Assembly: GCA_013153635.1 (NCBI GenBank)
Contig: JAADDZ010000009.1
Location: 29,967 to 93,966, forward strand
DNA: 64,000 bases
Source: Aquificota bacterium
GTDB taxonomy: Bacteria; Aquificota; Aquificia; Aquificales; Hydrogenothermaceae
Direction: 5' to 3'
The notes below the pieces were generated by a model. The model ran no database searches and was not told where the DNA came from. It worked only from the letters and a program-made list of their open reading frames with translations. Position 1 is the first letter of the stretch. The number at the start of each line of letters is the position of its first letter. Below, one piece after another: positions 7,826 through 18,300 of the stretch. The position numbers and the translations under genes were made by a program.

Positions 7826-10753
7826 ATGGCTCTTTCAAGAAGGGACTTTTTGAAAGCCCTTAGCGCGGCGGGAGCAGGGATAACCTTAGGAGGAAATGCT
7901 TCATTTGCCAAAGAAGCAGTATGGGTAGAAGACCCAAGAAGCTCTTATCCTAACACTTCATATACAGAAAACTTATATAGAAAAGAGTTTGCCTACACTT
8001 ATGGAAAAAAAGAAGAACACGGAACAGCTTATCACTGTGTAAATTGTCAAGGGAACTGTGCTTGGGATGTATGGGTAGACAGTGGTATAGTAACAAGGGA
8101 GAATCAAGTAGCAAACTATACACCAATAAACCCAAAAATTCCAGATTTTAACCCTAGAGGGTGTAACAAAGGAGTACAGCACTCCCAAATTATGTATGAA
8201 AAAGATAGAGTTTTATACCCTTTAAAAAGAGTAGGAGAAAGAGGGTCTGGTCAATGGAAAAGAATAACATGGGACGAAGCAGTAACAGAAATAGCCCAAA
8301 ATATATATAAAACGATGTTAGAGAAGGGACCAGAAGGTTTATATATCCATGTAGGTTCAGGAATGCTTACTGAAGCAAGAGCCGCTTCAGGTAAAAGGTT
8401 AGGTACACTTCTTGGAGCGGTAAGACCTTACATAGCCTCATATGTAGGAGATATGTTCCAAGGAGTATCAGTAGTTTATGGAGAAGGAAATATAGGTTGT
8501 TCTTGGGACTTTCAGTATGTTACAGATGTTCAAGTGTACTGGGGAATGGACCCAAACAAAACAAGAATCCCAGATGCCCACTTTGTATGGGAAGGAAAAT
8601 ACAACGGTTCAAAAGTTATAGTTATAGCACCAGAATTCAATGCTACTGCTACTCATGCAGACCTGTGGATACCTGTAAAAGCAGGATACGATACATTTTT
8701 AGCAATGGCAGTTATAAACGAAATAATACAGAAAAAAATGTATAAAGAAGGATTTGTAAAGGTATTTACAGACCTTCCTTTCTTGGTAAGATTAGACGAT
8801 AAGAAACTCCTTAGAATGTCAGATATAGATATAGAAAATCCTTCAGCAGAGTTTGATGAAGAAATTTATAAAGTTTTTGAAGAAAAATCAGAAGGAAAAG
8901 AATTTGAACCAGAAGCATGTTTCTTCTGCTGGAATACAAAAACAAATAAACTAACATTGATGCCGGGTACAGAAGGTTGCCCGATACCAACTCTTAGATT
9001 AAAAGATGTAGGTTGGGATATAGACCCTGCATTAGAAGGGACTTGGGAAGTTACACTAAAAGATGGAACAAAAGTAAAAGTTACTACAGTGTTTGAACTT
9101 CTAAAAAAAGAAGCTGAAAAATTTTCAGCAGAAAAAACATGGAAACTCACAGGAGTCCACCCTACAGTAGTAGAACAGTTAGCAAAAGACATGGCATTAA
9201 ACAAAGTAGTTGAGTTAAATGTTGGATTTACCCTTGGTAAATACTTTAATGGACTTTTAGCACATAGAGCGGTTGCATCAATACCCGGTCTAATTGGGAA
9301 ATTAGGACCTTACGGTGGACTGAACACAGAAAACGAATGGGCAATATCAGGCATGGGCAAACTGTCTGGGTTTGCTGGAAAATACATGTTTAGATTTGCA
9401 TCAGGTTTTGTAAGTGAGTTTGTCTTAGGTAATGTATTCAAAGATGCAGAAAAACTATACGATGAAGAAGATGTTAAAAGAGCAACTGGATTATCAAAAG
9501 ACGAATATTTCAAAAGAGTAAAGGAAACCTTAGATAACTTTGGAACAGACGAAAAATGGAAAGAAAATCTGCACAAAAAAGATGGAAAACCTTACTGGAA
9601 TACAGTAGAAACATTTTTAATCTTTGCAGATTCTAGATTCAGAAGAAACAAAGGTACAACTTATAAAGAAGCTTTCCTAAAAAAAGCTAAATTCTTTGCC
9701 TATGTAGACTTTAGAATGAACTCCACCGCCCAATATGCTGACATCGTTCTACCAGCGAAATCTCACTATGAAGTTTGGGACTTGAGAACAAATCCCGGTT
9801 ATCATAGATATGCTAATCTAGCTCAACCACCGTCAAATCTAAAGCCTGTAGGAGAAGCAAAATCAGAATGGGAAATCTGTACACTTATAGTAGAAAAACT
9901 ACAGGAAATTGCACTAAAGAACTTTGAAGAAGCAAAGAAAAAAGGAGATAGCAATCCCGAAAGATTTATAAAAATACCAGACCCAACTCACAGTAAAACA
10001 GGATACAGAGAACTAGATAAATTAGTAGAAGAGTACACGTTAGGTGGAAAATTAAGAACCGATAAAGATGCAGTTGAGCTAGCACTTGAAAGTGTAGACC
10101 AGTTTAAACCAAACACCATAGAATCTATGAGAAAAAGAGGCGGATTCTTGATGTTAAATGATAAAGCTGGAAAAACCTCACCTCTTTATCCTGACAAACC
10201 TTACAGCTCCTTTGAAAATAACCTATTTTTATTTGAAAGATTTGAAACCCTATCTGGAAGGCTAACTTACTATGTAGACCACGAATTATGGATAGAATTT
10301 GGAGCGGCTCTCCCAACAGCAAAAGAGCCGATAAGACCTAAAAGGTATCCATTTATCCTAATGTCTCCTCACGCTAGATGGTCAATACACTCAACATACA
10401 AAACATCAAAAATACTCCTTAGACTACAAAGAGGAAAGCCATACATAATGATAAATCCAGAAATTGCTAAGAAAAAAGGAATAAAAGATGGAGATGAAGT
10501 AAAAATATTTAATGCCCTTGGTGAATTTTATGCCATGGCAAAACTCTATCCATCTGCTCCAAAAGATGCAATTATTATAGAGCATGGTTGGGAACCTTTC
10601 TTCTTCAAGAACAATAAGTGTCACAATGAAGTGGTAGGAGACATGCTAAATCTTCTAGAAATGTCAGACGGTTGGGGACACTTAAAATTTGGTGGAAATT
10701 GGGACGGAAACCAACATGCATTTGAAACATCAGTAGATATAGAAAAAGCATAA
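7826..10753 (+). CDS. Tat-exported type II DMSO-reductase-family molybdopterin oxidoreductase, alpha subunit (substrate unknown)
   Basis: Twin-arginine signal (MALSRRDFLKALSAAGAG). FS0 motif of the H-x3-C-x3-C type (YHCVNCQGNCAWDVW ... NPRGCNKG) as in the NarG/SerA/EbdA/DdhA group. 975 aa. Confidence 0.85.
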   Translation: MALSRRDFLKALSAAGAGITLGGNASFAKEAVWVEDPRSSYPNTSYTENLYRKEFAYTYGKKEEHGTAYHCVNCQGNCAWDVWVDSGIVTRENQVANYTPINPKIPDFNPRGCNKGVQHSQIMYEKDRVLYPLKRVGERGSGQWKRITWDEAVTEIAQNIYKTMLEKGPEGLYIHVGSGMLTEARAASGKRLGTLLGAVRPYIASYVGDMFQGVSVVYGEGNIGCSWDFQYVTDVQVYWGMDPNKTRIPDAHFVWEGKYNGSKVIVIAPEFNATATHADLWIPVKAGYDTFLAMAVINEIIQKKMYKEGFVKVFTDLPFLVRLDDKKLLRMSDIDIENPSAEFDEEIYKVFEEKSEGKEFEPEACFFCWNTKTNKLTLMPGTEGCPIPTLRLKDVGWDIDPALEGTWEVTLKDGTKVKVTTVFELLKKEAEKFSAEKTWKLTGVHPTVVEQLAKDMALNKVVELNVGFTLGKYFNGLLAHRAVASIPGLIGKLGPYGGLNTENEWAISGMGKLSGFAGKYMFRFASGFVSEFVLGNVFKDAEKLYDEEDVKRATGLSKDEYFKRVKETLDNFGTDEKWKENLHKKDGKPYWNTVETFLIFADSRFRRNKGTTYKEAFLKKAKFFAYVDFRMNSTAQYADIVLPAKSHYEVWDLRTNPGYHRYANLAQPPSNLKPVGEAKSEWEICTLIVEKLQEIALKNFEEAKKKGDSNPERFIKIPDPTHSKTGYRELDKLVEEYTLGGKLRTDKDAVELALESVDQFKPNTIESMRKRGGFLMLNDKAGKTSPLYPDKPYSSFENNLFLFERFETLSGRLTYYVDHELWIEFGAALPTAKEPIRPKRYPFILMSPHARWSIHSTYKTSKILLRLQRGKPYIMINPEIAKKKGIKDGDEVKIFNALGEFYAMAKLYPSAPKDAIIIEHGWEPFFFKNNKCHNEVVGDMLNLLEMSDGWGHLKFGGNWDGNQHAFETSVDIEKA

Positions 10754-10767
10754 AAAGGAGGTAAACA

Positions 10768-11880
10768 ATGTCAAAAAGACAATTAGCAATGGTAATGGAT
10801 TTAAATAAATGTATAGGTTGCCAGACCTGTACAGTTGCCTGCAAAACCCAATGGACTAACAGAAATGGTAGAGAATATATGTATTGGAACAATGTAGAAA
10901 CAATGCCCGGAGAAGGTTACCCTAGAGGTTGGATGGAAGCAGGTGGAGGATTCGATGAACAAGGAAATCTGCAAGATGGAGTGATTCCAGACTTAGTACA
11001 TGATTACGGAGTGCCATGGGATTACAACCATGATGAACTATTTGAAATGGACTATCTAAAACCAGATGGAGACCCAGTTTGGGGTCCTAACTGGGACGAA
11101 GATGTAGGAGCAGGAGATTGGCCTAATTCTTACTATTTCTATCTTCCAAGGATATGTAACCACTGTTCAAACCCCGGTTGTTTAGCCGCATGTCCAAGAG
11201 AAGCCATATTCAAAAGAGAACAAGATGGAATAGTTCTTGTAGACCTTGATAGATGTCAAGGGTATAGATACTGTATAGCAGGTTGTCCTTACAAAAAGAT
11301 TTACTTCAACCCAAAGCTTTCAAAGTCAGAAAAATGTATATTCTGTTTCCCAAGAATAGAAAGAGGTCTTCCTCCAGCTTGCGCACATCAATGTGTAGGA
11401 AGAATAAGATGGGTAGGCTTTTTAGATGATGAAGAAGGACAGATATACAAACTAGTTCACAAATATAAAGTAGCTCTACCATTAAGACCAGATTTTGGTA
11501 CTCAACCAAATGTATACTATGTTCCTCCAGTACTTAGCCCACCAAAATTTGATGATGAAGGAAAACTAATAGAAGGAGAAATTACAGGAAGAGTTCCAAT
11601 CGAATTTTTAGAAAAACTCTTTGGACCAGAAGTTCATAACGCTATAAAAACTCTAAAAGAAGAGATGGAAAAAAGAAAAAACGGAGAAGAATCAGAGCTA
11701 ATGGACATACTTATCGCATACAGTCATGCAGATATGTTTAGACTAGATGAAAAATACTATCAGGATTTAGCATCAGAAAAAGGATTAAAAGGTACAGAGT
11801 TCTTCAAAATCATTGACCACAGATACATTGCAGGAGCTAATACAAATAAGGAAGAAGTAAAGATATACTTCGAAAAATAA
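10768..11880 (+). CDS. Iron-sulfur beta subunit (NarH/SerB/EbdB-like, four clusters)
   Basis: Four Cys groups: CIGCQTCTVAC, CNHCSNPGCLAACP, CQGYRYCIAGCP, CIFCFPR...C..CVGR. 370 aa. Immediately follows alpha with its own RBS. Confidence 0.85.
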   Translation: MSKRQLAMVMDLNKCIGCQTCTVACKTQWTNRNGREYMYWNNVETMPGEGYPRGWMEAGGGFDEQGNLQDGVIPDLVHDYGVPWDYNHDELFEMDYLKPDGDPVWGPNWDEDVGAGDWPNSYYFYLPRICNHCSNPGCLAACPREAIFKREQDGIVLVDLDRCQGYRYCIAGCPYKKIYFNPKLSKSEKCIFCFPRIERGLPPACAHQCVGRIRWVGFLDDEEGQIYKLVHKYKVALPLRPDFGTQPNVYYVPPVLSPPKFDDEGKLIEGEITGRVPIEFLEKLFGPEVHNAIKTLKEEMEKRKNGEESELMDILIAYSHADMFRLDEKYYQDLASEKGLKGTEFFKIIDHRYIAGANTNKEEVKIYFEK

Positions 11881-11933
11881 AATTGAGGGGAGAAACTCCC
11901 CTTGTTAACAATATAGCGAAGGAGGAAAAAAGA

Positions 11934-13124
11934 ATGAAAAACTTGGTAAAAACAGCTCTTCTTGGAGTTGTTTCTACATCACTGATTATTAATGCATCAA
12001 AAGCAGATATTAAAACCTTTTTCAAATACGAAGTTCTACCCTCTAAACAGATAAGTCAATCTGTACCGTCAGACCCAAGAGATGAGTTATGGAGTATGGT
12101 TCCGGGGAAATACGTCTTCTTTTATCCTCAAATATCTGTAAGATTAAATGATGCTGATGCTAACAGAGTAATTCCTAAAAAGCGCCTTCAAAAAGCTCTA
12201 GTTAAAGTCGTTTATAACAGTGAAAACATAGCTGTTTATATAAGATGGAAAGATAGAACCCCTTCTATCCAACCAGTTTATACAACAAAAGCCTTTGGAG
12301 ATGGCATAAGTGTAGAATTTCCAAATGATTTTGGAGCAGGAAAAACACTTCCGTATGTAGGTATGGGAGACTTAAAACACCCAGTAACAGTTTATTTACA
12401 AAAAACGGTAGCTGGGAAAGATTATGAAAAAACATTTATATCAGAAGGATTTGGTACCTTAACAGAGATTACAGAAAACGGAGTATCCATGGAAATGGAT
12501 TACGATAAAGCTAAAAGAGAGTGGATAGCAGTTATAAAAAGACCTTTAAAAACCAAAAATAGTGACTTAAGAGCAGGATTAGTACCTATAGCGTTTGCTA
12601 TATGGAACGGCTCTCAACAGGAAAGAGATGGAAATAAATCTCTATCTAGATGGAAATTTATAAGATTAAAAAGCTACAAAATAGATAAAGAATATCTAGC
12701 CTATATCTCATGGGGAGATATGATTCATAAAGAAGCTGACCCAAACAGAGGGAAAAAACTAACAATCCAAAATGGGTGTAATGCATGTCATATATATGAC
12801 GACCAGAGAACAGCACCTTTAGATATGGCTCCAGACCTTTCTAACATTGGAGGTATCGCCCATGCTCCATATCTTAAAGAGTCATTAGTAGACCCAAACG
12901 ATGTGATAATAAGAAATCTTAATCCAAATAGACATTACAATAAATTTGCCCAACCAGACAAAAACGGTGCATATCCAAATAATGACATGTACACATGGTA
13001 TATAAAAACTCCTGATGGAAAAATACAGTCTAAGATGCCTTCTTTTAGTCATCTATCAGAACAAGATATAAAAGACATAATTGCATATTTAAAAACGTTA
13101 AGAAACTGGAGAAACTTTAAGTAA
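11934..13124 (+). CDS. Gamma subunit: EbdC/SerC/DdhC-like haem-b domain fused to a C-terminal mono-haem cytochrome c
   Basis: ATG 11934 follows GGAGGA and starts a signal peptide (MKNLVKTALLGVVSTSLIINASKA). Central region matches the pattern of type II enzyme gamma subunits (GDGISVEF, YVGMGD, AFAIWNGSQQERDGNKSLSRW). The C-terminal about 130 aa carries CNACH plus a distal Met region. Confidence 0.7.
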   Translation: MKNLVKTALLGVVSTSLIINASKADIKTFFKYEVLPSKQISQSVPSDPRDELWSMVPGKYVFFYPQISVRLNDADANRVIPKKRLQKALVKVVYNSENIAVYIRWKDRTPSIQPVYTTKAFGDGISVEFPNDFGAGKTLPYVGMGDLKHPVTVYLQKTVAGKDYEKTFISEGFGTLTEITENGVSMEMDYDKAKREWIAVIKRPLKTKNSDLRAGLVPIAFAIWNGSQQERDGNKSLSRWKFIRLKSYKIDKEYLAYISWGDMIHKEADPNRGKKLTIQNGCNACHIYDDQRTAPLDMAPDLSNIGGIAHAPYLKESLVDPNDVIIRNLNPNRHYNKFAQPDKNGAYPNNDMYTWYIKTPDGKIQSKMPSFSHLSEQDIKDIIAYLKTLRNWRNFK

Positions 13125-13138
13125 AAAGGAGGCAAAAG

Positions 13139-13588
13139 ATGAAAATAATGAAAAAACTTTTGATTTCACTATTATGGTTAGCTTTTTTAACTAATGTCCC
13201 TTTAAATCAAGCTATTGCCCAAGAAGAAACCCAAGAAGCAACTTCAGATGAAGAATTAGAAGAAGTAGAGATTTACAGCGGAGTGATTACTGCAAAATCC
13301 TGTGCAGAAAAAGCTCAAGAGACAGGAGAGTTTGAAATCCTAGCTAACTGCCCTCCTATAGAAGCGGCAAAATCTGGTTATGTTATATATGATGTTACCG
13401 AAAACAAATTTTATGTGCCAAAGCTAGGTAAAATATATCTCTTTGAACTAGATGAAGGGTTTGGCGGTAGTATAGATATTACCGGAGTTATTGTAGGAGA
13501 AACTGAAGACGGAATTCCTATAATAGACCCTGAAGAATATGAAATAACTCCAAAACCAAAACCGGGATTCTTCAAAGGTTGTTTATAA
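13139..13588 (+). CDS. Secreted acidic protein of unknown function ending in KGCL
   Basis: AGGAGG RBS. Sec signal peptide (LAFLTNVPLNQAIA|QEE). Acidic linker, internal Cys pair (SCAEKA, ANCPP). C-terminus PGFFKGCL. No family recognised. Confidence 0.6.
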   Translation: MKIMKKLLISLLWLAFLTNVPLNQAIAQEETQEATSDEELEEVEIYSGVITAKSCAEKAQETGEFEILANCPPIEAAKSGYVIYDVTENKFYVPKLGKIYLFELDEGFGGSIDITGVIVGETEDGIPIIDPEEYEITPKPKPGFFKGCL

Positions 13589-13592
13589 CATA

Positions 13593-13616
13593 TGGGGCGC
13601 TAATGCCCCATTTTTA
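13593..13616 (+). terminator. Rho-independent terminator
   Basis: TGGGGC-gctaat-GCCCCA followed by TTTTTAT. Confidence 0.7.
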
Positions 13617-13781
13617 TGTTTTAAATCTTTACATTCTCCTATCAACGTTCTTCTTTATTCTATTTAATCTCTTTATAAATTTATTTATAATTTCTATACT
13701 TAAGTACAAAAATGTAGATATTGTAAATTCTATAAATATGTAGTAAAAATTTAAGTAGCAAATATAAAAAGGAGGGTTCTT

Positions 13782-14417
13782 ATGAGATTAGGTTTTTTGG
13801 TAGATTTGAGTAGGTGTATGGGGTGCATGGCTTGTGCAGTGTCTTGTAAAGCAGAGAATAATGTTCCTCTAGAGAGCTGGAGACTAAGAGTTAAATATAT
13901 AGACCAAGGAGAGTTTCCAGAAACAAAAAGACATTATGTTCCCCTTAGATGTAACCATTGTGAAAATGCACCTTGCGAAAGGATATGTCCTGTATCAGCA
14001 CTTCACTATCTCCCAAATGGAATTGTAAATGTAGACCATACAAGATGTATAGGCTGTGCATCGTGTATGATGGCTTGTCCATACAATGCCATATATATAG
14101 ACCCTCTTACAAATTCAGCTGATAAATGTACCTACTGCGCTCATAGGATAGAAGTTGGGTTAATGCCTGCATGTGTTGTAGCATGCCCTACACATGCCAA
14201 TATTTTTGGAGACCTTGATGACCCAGAGAGCGAAATATCCAAATATCTTCAAGAACATAGAGATGTGATGGTTAGGAAACCAGAATTAAATACAAAACCG
14301 AAACATTTTTATGTGAGAGGTTCTACTGTTGCACTTGACCCTCTTGCTTCAGAAAGACCAGAAGGGTTTACCCTGTTTACAGAAGTAAAATTCTTAGAAC
14401 ATATAGGAGGGCATTAA
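13782..14417 (+). CDS. 4Fe-4S ferredoxin-type subunit (TtrB/PsrB/NrfC-like)
   Basis: 211 aa with four CxxCxxC(xxxC)P-type groups: CMGCMACAVSC, CNHCENAPCERICP, CIGCASCMMACP, CTYCAHR...C..CP. Confidence 0.85.
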   Translation: MRLGFLVDLSRCMGCMACAVSCKAENNVPLESWRLRVKYIDQGEFPETKRHYVPLRCNHCENAPCERICPVSALHYLPNGIVNVDHTRCIGCASCMMACPYNAIYIDPLTNSADKCTYCAHRIEVGLMPACVVACPTHANIFGDLDDPESEISKYLQEHRDVMVRKPELNTKPKHFYVRGSTVALDPLASERPEGFTLFTEVKFLEHIGGH

Positions 14418-14418
14418 A

Positions 14419-15300
14419 ATGTTGGGAGCAGAAGTAACCTTTGATGTGGCACTGCCAAAAGTAGTGTGGGGGTGGCTCGTTTCTACTAATATGTGGGCAA
14501 AGAGTATATCTACAGGAGCGTTCTTTGTTGGACTTTATTTTATAAAAAAATATCCAGACCAAGATGCATTTTTTAGAAAGTGGTTGCCAATATTAGGACT
14601 TATTTTTATTGGAATTACATTACTAGTTACTATATTAGACCTTCACCATATGTTTAGATTTTGGAAAATATTTTTATTTGCTCATTTTACTTCAGCAGTT
14701 ACATTAGGAGCTTGGGTAGTATCTGCTTATGTATTGATACTTCTCATAGCTTTTTGGTCTTGGGTCACAGGTAACAGAAAACTCTTTGATAGAGTAGTTA
14801 TTCCCGGATTTATATTCGCATTTTTCTCTACTATTTATACAGCTGGAATATTAGGTCAATCTACAGGAAGAGAAGTATGGATATTTTCAGCAGAGATGAT
14901 TTCTATGCTCCTTAGTGCTACTTTAGCAGGTTCAGCGGCTTATCTATTAATAGGTTCTATCTATGGAAGTTTAAATGAAAAGATGAAAAAAGAGCTTGGA
15001 TATATACTTTTTGGAAGTGCAGGTTTACTTGCGGCGATGTTTATCGGAGAACTTGTATTTGCAAAAATGCACAGTGAATATGCAGAAAAAGTTGTAGAAA
15101 TATTGGCATTTGGCGAAGTAGCCCCTTGGTTCTGGGGAGGAATGTTCTTAGCATTTATCGTACCTATGGTTTTAGTTGGAATAGCTACAGAAAAGAGAAA
15201 ATATGAGTATGCACTATTAGGCTCTATTAGTGCGCTTGTCGGACTTTGGCTTATAAAACATGCATGGCTAATAGCTCCTCAATCATTACCATTAAGTTAA
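14419..15300 (+). CDS. NrfD/PsrC/TtrC-type integral membrane quinol-interacting subunit
   Basis: 293 aa with about 8 predicted TM helices. Starts 1 nt after the stop of the FeS subunit and lies between the B and A subunits. Confidence 0.75.
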   Translation: MLGAEVTFDVALPKVVWGWLVSTNMWAKSISTGAFFVGLYFIKKYPDQDAFFRKWLPILGLIFIGITLLVTILDLHHMFRFWKIFLFAHFTSAVTLGAWVVSAYVLILLIAFWSWVTGNRKLFDRVVIPGFIFAFFSTIYTAGILGQSTGREVWIFSAEMISMLLSATLAGSAAYLLIGSIYGSLNEKMKKELGYILFGSAGLLAAMFIGELVFAKMHSEYAEKVVEILAFGEVAPWFWGGMFLAFIVPMVLVGIATEKRKYEYALLGSISALVGLWLIKHAWLIAPQSLPLS

Positions 15301-15319
15301 TCAAGGAGGGAGATAAAAT

Positions 15320-18300
15320 ATGAGATTATCAAGAAGAACTTTTTTAAAAGGTAGTGCGGCTACGATAGGAGGAATAGCTTTAGCTAAAGGGGTTTTCTCA
15401 AAAACTCAACCTTCTGCTGTAGCACAAACTAATGAAGAAATAACATTTACTCCAGAAAGGCTTGACTATTATCCACCATTTGATAAATGGAACAACTGGA
15501 GAGAACCTGATGGAGACTATTGGAAGCTCAAAGGTGGTGCCTTAAGAGATGGGGTAAAAATGATAAATTACATGCTGGTTCCAACGGTATGTAACAACTG
15601 TGAGGCGGCTTGTGGTCTTACAGCATGGGTAGACAAGGATAACCTTGTAGTAAAAAAATATATGGGAAATCCTTTCCATTCTGGTTCTAGAGGAAGAAAC
15701 TGTGCAAAAGGCTATGCTACTCAATCCCAGATGTACGACCCAGATAGAATTCCTTTCCCTTTAAAAAGAGCGCCTGGTTCAAAAAGAGGAGAAGGAAAAT
15801 GGGTTAGAACTACTTGGGACGAAGCCTTAAAAGATATAGCAAAAAAACTAAGAGAAGCTATTTCTAGTGGAAGTGAGCTAGAGAGAAAGATGATAATGTA
15901 CCACGTAGGTAGACCTAACGAATCTGGAGGATTTACTGCTAGAGTTGTTTGGACTTGGGGTGGAGACCATCACAACTCTCATACAAATATATGTTCTTCT
16001 GGAGGTAGATTAGGAGGAATAGCTTGGTCTGGAGACGATAGACCTTCTCCGGATTTTGCAAGCTCAAGATTGATATTTTTGTCAGCCTCTCATGCGGCAG
16101 ATGCAGGTCACTATTACCAACAGCACGCAGGATATATAGCTGATGCGAGAGCCAAGGGTGCAAAACTTGTAATAATGGACCCAAGACTTTCAAACTCTGC
16201 TGGATTAGCAGACTTATGGATACCTGTATGGCCCGGTACAGAAGCCGCAGTATATCTATCAATGATAAGTAGACTTCTACAGGAAGACAAATACAACAGA
16301 AAATTTATGGAAAGATGGGTAAACTGGAAAACATTCCTTAGAGATAAGGACTATCTCAACTATCTAAAAGATAACGGTTTTATATCAAAATTTCCTGAAG
16401 GAGAGACTTTTGATGATTTTATCGCTGTTTTAAAAGAAATCTACGCTCCATATACTTTTGAATGGGCTTCTAAAGAAACAAAAGTACCTATATACAAGCT
16501 TGAAAGACTATATGAAATGATTTTATGGGCTGAAGATAGGATTACATCTTATTTTTGGAGAGCTCAAGCCGCAGGGAATAGAGGTGGTTGGCTAAACGCT
16601 GGAAGAACAGGATACTTTTTATTAATCGTAACAGGAGCTATTGGAGGAATAGGTGGAAATGGTTGGCACAAATGGCATGTATTAGGAGTAGGAGCAAAAG
16701 GTGGAAAAGCTACTTTAAAAGAAAAACCGGGTCCTGTAGATGATTGGAACGAACTCTTGTGGCCACCAGAATGGCCGTTATCTACTTACGAACTGTCCTT
16801 CCTTTTACCTCATCTATTGTCTGACGATGAATGGAGACAAAAATGGGAAAAAAGAGGTCTTAAAATTCCCGGAAAATTAAAATTATGGATTTCTAAGATA
16901 TACAATCCAGTATGGATTAATCCAGATGGCTTTAGATGGATAGAGGTTTTGAGAAACGAAAATAAGATGGAGTTAACAGTAAATCTATCTCCTACTTGGT
17001 CAGAGACCAACTGGTTCTGTGATTATATACTCCCTGTAGGATTAGCTGGAGAAAGACATGACAACCAATCAGCAGAAACAAAACCAGAGAGATGGACTGC
17101 TTTTAGACAGCCAGTACTAAGAGTGGCTCTTCAAAAGATGGGGTGGAAGCCAAAAGTCCCTTGGAGAGCAACATTGGAAGCACACAAAAAAGCTGGTCTT
17201 GGAGAAGTATGGGAAGAAAACGAGTTTTGGATTAATCTTATGTGGGAAGTAGACCCAGATGGTTCTCTAGGAGTGAGACAGTACTACGAATCAAAGAAAA
17301 ATCCGGGTAAACCTGTAACTATAGAAGAGTGGTATGATGCGGCGTTTGGTACTCTACCAAACTTGAGCAAGGTATGTCAAAAATTAGGAGTAACTCCTTA
17401 TGAGTACATGAGAGATAGAGGTGCATGGACAGAAGAAACAGATGTGTACAACGTTCATGAAAGAGAACTCCCTTATGACCCTACAAAGAATGCAATAAAG
17501 TACAAAGGAAAATGGATACCTCTATCTGAATGTGAAATAGATGAAGATACAGGCGCAGTTTACCTAAAACATCACGGTGCAAGAGAATGGCATAGTGAAA
17601 GACATACTATAGCTGTTAAGAAAGATGGCAGATACCTTCAAGGTTTCCACACACCTACAGGGGTGCTTGAGTTTTATTCAAAGACCTTTGTTGAGTGGAA
17701 ATGGCCTGAATATGCGATACCTGTCTATCCTAGAGATAAAGAAGAGAGAAAGAAAATGGTTCATATAGTAACTCATGTACATCACGACTACATGACAGAA
17801 GAGAACGCTTTTGCTTTGAATCCAATATTCAGGCTTCCTTACAATATTCACACAAGGTCTGTAAATGCTAAATGGCTGATGGAAATCTCTCAAAACCATA
17901 ACCCTATATGGATATATGAAGGTGATGCTAAAAGATTGGGTATAAAAAGAGGAGATGCTATCAAACTTAGAGTAGTAGATACTGTTTCTGGTATAGAGGT
18001 TGGATACTTTGTGGGAATGGCTATTCCAACTCAAGCTACAAGACCGGGAGTTGTTGCGTGTTCACATCATTCTGGAAGATGGAGATTAAAAACTACCGTA
18101 AAAGTAGATAAATATGAGCTAGGAATATTAAGGTATGGTTCAGCTCTTGCAGATATGAAAGAAGAAGGGTCTGTTAAAAAGATAAGATGGATAAAAGGTG
18201 TAGAAAGATTTAAGGTGGAAAAACAAGGTGATGAATTTAAATGGCCTTATCCAGAATTTAATAAAGATATGGAGTTTGTTTGGTGGAGAGGAGATACAGG

